A stretch of 64,000 nucleotides of DNA from Prochlorococcus sp. AG-436-C13. Lineage in GTDB: Bacteria > Cyanobacteriota > Cyanobacteriia > PCC-6307 > Cyanobiaceae. The stretch lies in the NCBI GenBank assembly GCA_003212695.1, contig QCPC01000003.1:1141-65140 (forward strand), read 5' to 3'. Positions 42,002-49,586 of this stretch are shown piece after piece. The translations under genes were made by a program, and so were the position numbers. The notes under the pieces were generated by a model. It worked only from the letters and a program-made list of their open reading frames with translations, made no database searches and was not told where the DNA came from. How positions within the stretch are numbered: position 1 is the first letter of the stretch; every line of letters begins with the position of its first letter.

Positions 42002-44338
42002 TTGTCACTAGCTCCTAGCAAACAAGAATCAAAAAAAGCCTCTTCAAATAACCAAATTCATTCTGAGACTTTTCCATCAACAGCTCCTGCTGCTAATCCC
42101 GTCTTCTATAGAACATATAGCCGAAAAACAGCATTAGGTAGAGAAAGCTGGAGTCAGGTTAGCGAAAGGAACCTTCAAGGTCTGATCAAACTTGGACACT
42201 TAAGTCAAGAAGAAGTGAACTTAATGTCTAAAATGCAATCAGAGAAAAAAGCCCTTCCATCTGGAAGATGGCTTTGGATTGGGGGTACGGACTGGATCAG
42301 TAAAGAAAAGAATTACTCAGGTGCTTACAACTGTACTTCAACCAACCTTGATAGTTGGGAAGCCTTCGCTTTGATGATGGATTTAGCGATGATGGGATGT
42401 GGCACAGGAGCAATAATTGAACCCCATTTAATTAACAAACTACCAGTAATATTAAATCCAATAAAAATAAAAGATATATCAGCCATAGGAGTTACCGAAG
42501 CAATAAAAAGGACAGAAACAACTACAGTAGAAATAACCGAAAACAATGTTCTGATTAAAGTTGGAGATAGCCGTAGGGGTTGGGTAGATAGCTATAAGAA
42601 TTTGCTGGAGTTAAGTAGCAATAAAAAATTTAATGGAAAGACTATAGAAGTAACTATTGATTTAAATGATGTAAGACCAGCAGGAGAATCCCTAAAAGGG
42701 TTTGGAGGGATGGCTAATCCTGTAAAGCTAAAAGACTTATACCCCAGAGTTGCTGCAATTCTCACCAACGGAGTAGGAAGACAACTAACTTCTGTAGAAT
42801 GTTGTTTACTAATTGACGAAGCAGCTGTAACCATAGTTGCTGGAAACATTAGGCGCAGTGCAGGCATGCGCCAATTCTCATCTAATGACGAACTTGCTTC
42901 TTCAGCGAAAGAGAATCTATGGCATCAGGACTCACAAGGTAATTGGAGAATTGATCCTGAAAGAGATGCATTGAGGATGGCTAACCATACTCGTGTTTAT
43001 CACACGAGACCAACACTAAAAGAAATTGAAGAGGCTGTAACCAAACAATTTAATTCAGGAGAAGGAGCTATCCAGTTCGCACCTGAGGCGATAGCGCGTT
43101 CAAATGCAGACATACTTGCAACAAAAGAATTACGAGAAGAATTTATAGAAATTTATTGTGATCAAGGAAGGTATGAAGCCTCAAAATGGCTACAAAATAA
43201 TCATGGTATAAGTAATCAAGATGAATTGGATCATCGCCTAGGGAGATATGGGTTAAATCCTTGTGGGGAAATTATTGGAACAAATTTTCACTGTAATCTT
43301 GCTGAAGTTCATTTAAACCAAATAAAGCCATCTGACAAAGAAGGCCAGAAAGATGCCTTTAAAGCAGCTGGGTTATCAGTAGCCTGTCTTCTTAATCATC
43401 GTTTTGAAGTAGACCGCTATAGAAAAAGTCGTTCTTATGATCCAATTGTAGGTGTCAGTTTCACTGGCTTATTTGATTTCTTCGTTCATGCTTTTGGAAC
43501 TCCTTGGCTAAAATGGTGGGAGCAAGGGAGGCCAAATACAGAAGAAGGCAAGGCTTTCAAAAAACAAGAATCAGAATATTTAAATAGCTGGAAAGAAACT
43601 GTAAACAAGACAGTTTGGGATTATTGCGATAAACATAATTTACTTAGGCCCAATAGATGTACAACAGTGCAGCCTGCAGGAACAAAGAGCTTACTTACTG
43701 GAGCCGCTCCTGGATGGCACCCACCTAAAGCACAAAGGTTCATTAGAAGAATTACTTTTAGGAAAAGTGACCCCGTTGCAATGGCATGCATGGACTACGG
43801 TTATACCATTGTTCCTTCTCAATCAGATAAGGATGAAAAAGGTAGATTGCTTGACAATCCATTTGACCCCAGATGTACTGAATGGCTAGTTGAGATTCCG
43901 ACTGAAGTTAGCTGGGCAAATATAGCTGGAGCTGATGAAATTGACATAAATAACTTTTCAGCCCTTGCACAATTTGACTTTTATATGCAGGTACAAAGTT
44001 TCTACACAGATCATAATACTTCTGCAACAATTGAATTTAGGGAGGATGAGATCATACCTCTTTCGGAAGCAATATTTAAGACAATAACGGACAACAAAGG
44101 ATATATTTCAGCCGCTTTGTTAGCAAGATTTGATGCAAATGCAACATTCCCCAGACTTCCTTTTGAACCTATAGATGAGCAAACTTTTGAGCGACTCCAA
44201 TCAGAGGTATTAGAAAGAAGAGTTAGCGAAGATTTTTTTGAAGCTCTTAGTAAATATGACCAAGGAGAATTGACCGAAGCTGGACCTGCAGGTTGTGATT
44301 CTGACAAATGCTTACTTCCCTTAGCGAAGCCCAAATAA
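42002..44338 (+). CDS. nrdJ: Class II adenosylcobalamin-dependent ribonucleotide reductase
   Basis: VFYRTYSR, PSGRWLW, YNC, AGNIRRSA, NPCGEI and TTVQPAGT motifs; C-terminal CDSDKC. Start set to TTG 42002 because the longer ORF runs through the NrdR boxes. Confidence 0.96.
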   Translation: MSLAPSKQESKKASSNNQIHSETFPSTAPAANPVFYRTYSRKTALGRESWSQVSERNLQGLIKLGHLSQEEVNLMSKMQSEKKALPSGRWLWIGGTDWISKEKNYSGAYNCTSTNLDSWEAFALMMDLAMMGCGTGAIIEPHLINKLPVILNPIKIKDISAIGVTEAIKRTETTTVEITENNVLIKVGDSRRGWVDSYKNLLELSSNKKFNGKTIEVTIDLNDVRPAGESLKGFGGMANPVKLKDLYPRVAAILTNGVGRQLTSVECCLLIDEAAVTIVAGNIRRSAGMRQFSSNDELASSAKENLWHQDSQGNWRIDPERDALRMANHTRVYHTRPTLKEIEEAVTKQFNSGEGAIQFAPEAIARSNADILATKELREEFIEIYCDQGRYEASKWLQNNHGISNQDELDHRLGRYGLNPCGEIIGTNFHCNLAEVHLNQIKPSDKEGQKDAFKAAGLSVACLLNHRFEVDRYRKSRSYDPIVGVSFTGLFDFFVHAFGTPWLKWWEQGRPNTEEGKAFKKQESEYLNSWKETVNKTVWDYCDKHNLLRPNRCTTVQPAGTKSLLTGAAPGWHPPKAQRFIRRITFRKSDPVAMACMDYGYTIVPSQSDKDEKGRLLDNPFDPRCTEWLVEIPTEVSWANIAGADEIDINNFSALAQFDFYMQVQSFYTDHNTSATIEFREDEIIPLSEAIFKTITDNKGYISAALLARFDANATFPRLPFEPIDEQTFERLQSEVLERRVSEDFFEALSKYDQGELTEAGPAGCDSDKCLLPLAKPK

Positions 44339-44402
44339 GAATCATTATATTTAAAACCATTTCACCAAGATATTTTCAAGCTTGATTTAAGCAATAAACT
44401 TT

Positions 44403-44450
44403 GTATGACATTTAGTTATTAATTAAAAAAAAAACACTGGCATATGGTCC
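44403..44450. promoter_or_regulatory. Weaker tandem NrdR-box-like pair
   Basis: GTATGACATTTAGTTA (44403-44418) and CACTGGCATATGGTCC (44435-44450), 32 bp offset; only the right halves fit well. Confidence 0.4.
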
Positions 44451-44502
44451 CTTAATGATTAAAGGTAGAAGAAGAAGAAAACCTGATTTAGAAAGTCTAG
44501 AA

Positions 44503-44757
44503 ATGACAACTCTTCAAAAACAATCACCTGAGCTCAGCAAAGGCACTCATGATGCAATTGTTGATCAGCTAAGGGCATGTCATACCCCATCTGAAATCTT
44601 GGCTTTTGAAAGATGGTTTGATCAAACAGTAAAAATAGGTCCTCTTTATTCAGTTATATGCGATCTTTTGAGGAATAGATCTATTTCAAGAGGTACTGCC
44701 TCAAAATGGTTTGAAACCCTACTTAAAAATAGAGATGAAAAGCTAAAGAGCTTATAG
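44503..44757 (+). CDS. Hypothetical helical protein downstream of nrdJ
   Basis: Protein-like 84 aa from ATG 44503 (alternative start 44455). Confidence 0.75.
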   Translation: MTTLQKQSPELSKGTHDAIVDQLRACHTPSEILAFERWFDQTVKIGPLYSVICDLLRNRSISRGTASKWFETLLKNRDEKLKSL

Positions 44758-44807
44758 GTAATTAGGTTTTATAACTAAAGAAAACTTCGTTAATAAAGAA
44801 TCTTTTC

Positions 44808-45002
44808 TTAAAAAGGGAATGGGCCAGTAGCGCCTGTTGAAGGAGTAAAGCCTGTAAGAGCCCAAATTCCAAAGGAGAATAAACCACATCCGATAAAGAA
44901 CATAAGATGAGATATATAACGTACTTTTTCCTTTTCAGATATTTCCCCAGCCATAGGCAAATCGCCTAAAAAACGGGACTGATCACTCTTTGAGCTAGCC
45001 AT
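44808..45002 (-). CDS. Small single-TM membrane protein
   Basis: 64 aa with hydrophobic YISHLMFFIGCGLFSFGIWALTG. Confidence 0.7.
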   Translation of the reverse strand: MASSKSDQSRFLGDLPMAGEISEKEKVRYISHLMFFIGCGLFSFGIWALTGFTPSTGATGPFPF

Positions 45003-45783
45003 GTAAAAAAAATTTCTTCCGTTAATTATGCCATAAACAGAGCAAAAATGACCTCAACGTAATTTGCTTGTAACGCTATCAATAAGAAAATGGTACTAAG
45101 AGCTGTCATAAAAACTCCAAATATTTCCGTGCAAAGAATCACAACTCCTTCTTAGCCAGAGTTAAGGCAAAGGATTTCATATTCTTAAAATTCATTTGAT
45201 CTAAAATTTTAACATTGTGCTAACTCTAAATAAACTTCTCGTGTAGCCAACTTAATTGTGAATTATAAGAATAGTAATGGAAATAAAACTCGATTAATTT
45301 AAATTAAAACAAAATGAAAACTAAAACCTTTAAAGATATAAGAAATTAAGTATTTTATTTTAGGAGATATCTATAAAGCAAATCTTTATAAGATAGTGTC
45401 TAACAGAATTGCAGTTATACATAATCATTTTAGTGAAAATAAAATATATTTATTATTAATATAAATTTAATTCTTACTAAACCTTAAACTTGTCTTATCA
45501 AAAGATAAAGCTGAAAGAAACAATATACTTGTTAATATTAATTTAACAAGATTGAGGCAATAAAATATATTTATTCTATGTAATACATCCACTTAATAAT
45601 TATAGTTACTTGCAATCTGCTCTTCTAAACACTCAGTAGTGCAAGGTATCACATGCTTTGCCGTGAATCCAAAGTTAATGGTAACAATACAATTATTATT
45701 ATCCATCTGCTCATAGGGCTGGTTATTAAATTTCCGAAGATCACCTTAGATTCAACTAAACTAAAAAAACTAATGCTAAAATA

Positions 45784-45951
45784 TTAAGCTGCTAAAAGTT
45801 CATCAAGTTGACCAGCAATAACAACTCTTTTCATTTTCTTCCTTCTTACTCTTAAAGCCAAGAGTTGAATATCATATGTTGACAAGCCGTCTTGCATTTC
45901 AGAGGCTAGCTTATTAAAGCTTTTTTCTATTTTCCTAGGGTATTTAGACAT
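45784..45951 (-). CDS. Small basic protein ending in LAA
   Basis: MSKYPRKIEKSFNKLASEMQDGLSTYDIQLLALRVRRKKMKRVVIAGQLDELLAA; ATG 45951 preferred to TTG 45981. Confidence 0.65.
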   Translation of the reverse strand: MSKYPRKIEKSFNKLASEMQDGLSTYDIQLLALRVRRKKMKRVVIAGQLDELLAA

Positions 45952-46097
45952 TTTTAGAATAATATTTTCTTTATGAAACAACTTCTTTTAATTATCACAA
46001 GATCAAACTAGACAGTTAAATAATCGTTTTACCATAAAATTATTTATTGAATTTAAAAAAGTTCTTTTTTTCCTTAAGATAAAAAATTGTTCTTAAA

Positions 46098-46253
46098 CTA
46101 AGCTGCCTGAAAGTTTGTCTTCTCTTCATCCCACATTTGAGACATTATTCTTCCTGAAATTGCTTTTGTTCTACTTTTATACTTCTTTGCTCTGACTCTT
46201 TCCGCACCGTCGAAAATTCTATCCATAGATCTGTCAATTTCGTATTTGTTCAT
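46098..46253 (-). CDS. 51 aa small basic protein ending in QAA (not in ORF track)
   Basis: Hand-translated: MNKYEIDRSMDRIFDGAERVRAKKYKSRTKAISGRIMSQMWDEEKTNFQAA*; GC-richer than its flanks. Confidence 0.65.
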   Translation of the reverse strand: MNKYEIDRSMDRIFDGAERVRAKKYKSRTKAISGRIMSQMWDEEKTNFQAA

Positions 46254-46313
46254 TTTTAAAAACTGAAGGGAACTTAGCTTAGCCTTCTAAAATGCTTTGG
46301 TGAATAGGTAATA

Positions 46314-46370
46314 ACACTGCATATGGTGTTGTTAGCAGGATCCAAGGCTGACAAGGCTAACATCTAGTGT
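46314..46370. promoter_or_regulatory. Tandem NrdR-box-like pair
   Basis: ACACTGCATATGGTGT (46314-46329) and GGCTAACATCTAGTGT (46355-46370), 41 bp offset. Confidence 0.6.
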
Positions 46371-46513
46371 TAGATTCAAATTTATTCATTCAGTTATTCA
46401 GTTTAATACTGAATATCACCCTCAAAGCTTATCCATTTCAATGACTTTGAGTATTGCATCTTTAAAATAAAAAGCAAAAAAGCTTTTTAAATAGCAAGTG
46501 GCAAACGAATGGA

Positions 46514-46729
46514 ATGTTGAACTCCTCTTTATGTATGACTCGTTCTAATCAATTTAACGTATCAAAACAAACAAGTGCACCTCAATTAGATGAACCATTA
46601 GATAGGCTAAGCAAAGGCAAAGAAGCTATTCATAATGAAAGAATAAGGTTACTAGAAGACAAATTCATTCAATCAGTAAGCAATGAGAAGCAAGCATTAT
46701 CTGGGTTTAAATCAAAAAATGATAAATAA
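46514..46729 (+). CDS. Hypothetical small protein
   Basis: 71 aa ORF with no motif; start may be the second Met. Confidence 0.5.
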   Translation: MLNSSLCMTRSNQFNVSKQTSAPQLDEPLDRLSKGKEAIHNERIRLLEDKFIQSVSNEKQALSGFKSKNDK

Positions 46730-46883
46730 AATTTATACTACAATGATCCAATCATTAGCTAAAAATAACCATAAAAAAAAAACAAATAAACGAGATATGT
46801 TTTTAGTTAACAATATATACTCTCTCAAGGGATGAACTATAGCCTTAATCGAAGGTATAATCTAACTAAATGAGGTACTTAAT

Positions 46884-47222
46884 GTGAATGAGCAGGAACT
46901 TTTAGCGGCAATTGATTTAATAGACAGAGATTTGGATAATTACCCATTTTGGTCATCTTTTAAAAGCATATGTAGCCAATATCCAGTAGAGGATATTAAC
47001 AATCTAACTCCAGGAAGGCAGGCGATTTTAATTTTTTGGAAAGCGACTATGGAAAAGAATCAGCCAAATCTAGACTTTCTAAAATTTATAAAAGAAAGCG
47101 ATAACATACATGCTAGTTTAAATAAACTAAAAAGTGATTTAATTAACAACTTCTTTAATCAAGATATTAATGAAAATAATTTACATAGCTTTTTTAAAAC
47201 TATTGCAAGTCAATTAAGGTAA
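46884..47222 (+). CDS. Hypothetical protein convergent on pilC
   Basis: 112 aa; GAGG Shine-Dalgarno-like element 8 nt before the GTG start. Confidence 0.7.
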   Translation: MNEQELLAAIDLIDRDLDNYPFWSSFKSICSQYPVEDINNLTPGRQAILIFWKATMEKNQPNLDFLKFIKESDNIHASLNKLKSDLINNFFNQDINENNLHSFFKTIASQLR

Positions 47223-47231
47223 CCTAATTAT

Positions 47232-48500
47232 CTAACCTACAGTACTCATCATATTGAACATAGGTAAATACATTGCAACAAGTATCACTGCAACAACTCC
47301 TGCGACGAAAACTATCATAAGAGGTTCCAGTATTGATGTTAAAGACTTAACACTAGTAGAAACCTCTGCCTCGTAAAAATCAGCTAATTTATTAACCATT
47401 TCACTTAATTCCCCCGTTTCCTCTCCGATTCTAAACATAGATGTAAACATTACAGGTATATATTTCTCGGAAGCCAAAACTTTATAGATTGGCTCTCCTG
47501 ATTGAATTTCTTCATTCATCCTAACTACGATTCTTTTGAAAACACGATTTCCAAGTGTCCTTCTAGAAATATTTAAAGCTTGAAGTATAGGAACTCCTGC
47601 TGAGTTTAAAGCAGATAAGGTTCTTGCAAAGTTTGCTAAAGAAGACTTAGTTACGAGATCTTTTGTTATTGGCATCTTAAGTAAAAATTCATCTTTCCAG
47701 TTAATAAAATAATTTTTTCTAAGTTCTTTCCTAATAAAATAACCCGAGACCAAAATAAACGGAACAAATTTAGACATAAAAGAAATACTCTTTATTTTCG
47801 CTGAGGCAATTACCAACATATTTGTAAGCATTGGCAATTGTGTTCCTGAATTGCTATATATATCTACAAATATAGGAATAACGAAAACTAGCATCACAAT
47901 TATAACCAATATTGTCAAGACAAATATAGCTATTGGGTAAGCCATTGCACTAGAAATCTGTCCTTTAATTTGCGCCAAACTTTCTAACAAAAGTGCTTCC
48001 CTTTCTAATACATCAGGTAAAAGGCCAGCCTCTTCTCCTGCTGAAACCAGGGCAAGGTACATTTCATCAAATACTTGAGGATATTTCTCTAGCATGCTTA
48101 AAAAAGTAGAGCCTCTGCTAATGCCTCTAGAAGCATCCTTATAAACATATTTAAGAGTCTTATCTTCGCTACTATCAGAAAGAATATTTAGAGATTCAAG
48201 AAGAGGAAGTCCCGTTTTAACCATTGATGCTAACTGTTTAGTAGCTAGTGCCAATGTTTTCGTAGAAGGTGCTTTGAGTTTTATTTTCTTCTTTATTTGT
48301 TTAGGATCCTTAAGTTTTTTATAGACAGAATTATCCGTTTTAATGTTGTTTGATTTATTATTAATACTAGAATCTTCTGTTTTACTCTTAACAGTATTTT
48401 CATTATTACTTGGAAACTTAGCAGATCGATTTTTTCTTCTTAACCCGTTATTGTTTTTTATTAATTCTGCAACTTTAGGATCTGAGATCTTATAATCCAT
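47232..48500 (-). CDS. pilC: Type IV pilus inner-membrane platform protein PilC (GspF family)
   Basis: QLASMVKTGLPL, AGEEAGLL, AMAYP, AGVPIL, IGEETGEL, LEPLMIV and AMYLPMF motifs. Confidence 0.95.
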   Translation of the reverse strand: MDYKISDPKVAELIKNNNGLRRKNRSAKFPSNNENTVKSKTEDSSINNKSNNIKTDNSVYKKLKDPKQIKKKIKLKAPSTKTLALATKQLASMVKTGLPLLESLNILSDSSEDKTLKYVYKDASRGISRGSTFLSMLEKYPQVFDEMYLALVSAGEEAGLLPDVLEREALLLESLAQIKGQISSAMAYPIAIFVLTILVIIVMLVFVIPIFVDIYSNSGTQLPMLTNMLVIASAKIKSISFMSKFVPFILVSGYFIRKELRKNYFINWKDEFLLKMPITKDLVTKSSLANFARTLSALNSAGVPILQALNISRRTLGNRVFKRIVVRMNEEIQSGEPIYKVLASEKYIPVMFTSMFRIGEETGELSEMVNKLADFYEAEVSTSVKSLTSILEPLMIVFVAGVVAVILVAMYLPMFNMMSTVG

Positions 48501-48515
48501 TTTGGTTTAGTTTAA

Positions 48516-49586
48516 TTAACTTTCGGCAGTTAATTCAAGAAGCCCCTTTAAGACATTAGGCCTATTACATTTATAAAATGCTTCTTCTTTTGTAATTTTT
48601 CCTGCACTAACATGTGAAGATAATCCTTGTTCTAGGGTTTGCATCCCATATTTAGCTCCAACTTGCATCTGAGAATATACTTGTGATGATTTTGCTTCTC
48701 TTATAAGATTACCAACAGCATTATTGTTTACAAGTATTTCCGCGGCTAATGCTCTCTTATTGTCAACTGTCTTACACAACGTTTGTGAAATTACACCTAT
48801 TAATGAAGAAGAAAGTTGCACTCTTATTTGTTGCTGTTGTGTTGTTGGGAAAACATCAATAATTCTATCAATAGTTTGAGAAGCAGAAGACGTATGAAGT
48901 GTACCCATTACCAAGTGACCTGTTTCAGCAGCTGTTATTGCAAGGCTAATTGTCTCTAAATCTCTCATTTCACCAACTAAAATTATATCCGGATCTTCTC
49001 TTAGTGCAGATCTTAATGCTCTGGAAAAGGAATTTGTATCTTCTCCAACTTCTCTTTGCCTAACCAAGCAGTTTTTATTCTTGAATACAAACTCAATTGG
49101 GTCCTCAATAGTCAGAATGTGATGTGCATGATTATCATTTATCCATTCAATTGAACTTGCCAATGTTGTAGTTTTGCCTGAACCAGTTGGACCTGTTACA
49201 AGCATCAAGCCTCTTGGTCTATTAAGCAATTGTTGAACACTATCAGGGAGACCAATATCAGAAAAAGAAGGAATATTTGTACTCAAAGCTCGCATTACAC
49301 AAGAGACATGTCCACGATCATAAAAAATATTTAGTCTAAATCTAGCTACGCCTTCAAGACCATAACTGCAGTCCAACTCTTTTTCCTTTTTGAATTGGTC
49401 CATTTTCTCTGTACTTAAAAGAGTTTCAAGTTCATTATTCAATTCAATTTCAGAGAAAATATTTGAATCAGCTGGAATAATTTGGCCCTGAATACGAAAA
49501 TAAGGAACAGAATCACCAGTTAAATGTAAATCTGAACCGTTTCTTTGAACGAGGGAGGACATTAACCTTTTAATTTTTTCAGTCAT
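48516..49586 (-). CDS. pilT: Type IV pilus retraction ATPase PilT
   Basis: GSDLHL, GPTGSGKTT, TIEDPIE, REDPDIILVGEMRD, GHLVMGTLH, NLIRE and GMQT motifs. Confidence 0.95.
   Translation of the reverse strand: MTEKIKRLMSSLVQRNGSDLHLTGDSVPYFRIQGQIIPADSNIFSEIELNNELETLLSTEKMDQFKKEKELDCSYGLEGVARFRLNIFYDRGHVSCVMRALSTNIPSFSDIGLPDSVQQLLNRPRGLMLVTGPTGSGKTTTLASSIEWINDNHAHHILTIEDPIEFVFKNKNCLVRQREVGEDTNSFSRALRSALREDPDIILVGEMRDLETISLAITAAETGHLVMGTLHTSSASQTIDRIIDVFPTTQQQQIRVQLSSSLIGVISQTLCKTVDNKRALAAEILVNNNAVGNLIREAKSSQVYSQMQVGAKYGMQTLEQGLSSHVSAGKITKEEAFYKCNRPNVLKGLLELTAES

Noticed and set aside
857-44334. Many antisense or alternate-frame ORFs inside core genes (e.g. 857-1150, 2096-2392, 6851-7150, 13416-13670, 22295-22741, 32420-32737, 44011-44334)
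   Set aside because: They overlap well-supported genes almost entirely and carry no motifs; shadow ORFs.
46330-46373. Mutually exclusive hairpins (TGTTAGC/GCTAACA/TGTTAG) as an RNA switch
   Set aside because: Stems are short and are explained more simply by the dyad symmetry of the NrdR-like boxes.
46808-46878. Further NrdR-box-like 16-mers (TAACAATATATACTCT, TAACTAAATGAGGTAC)
   Set aside because: The 55 bp offset is off-phase, key positions mismatch, the second overlaps a likely Shine-Dalgarno, and such matches are expected in AT-rich DNA.
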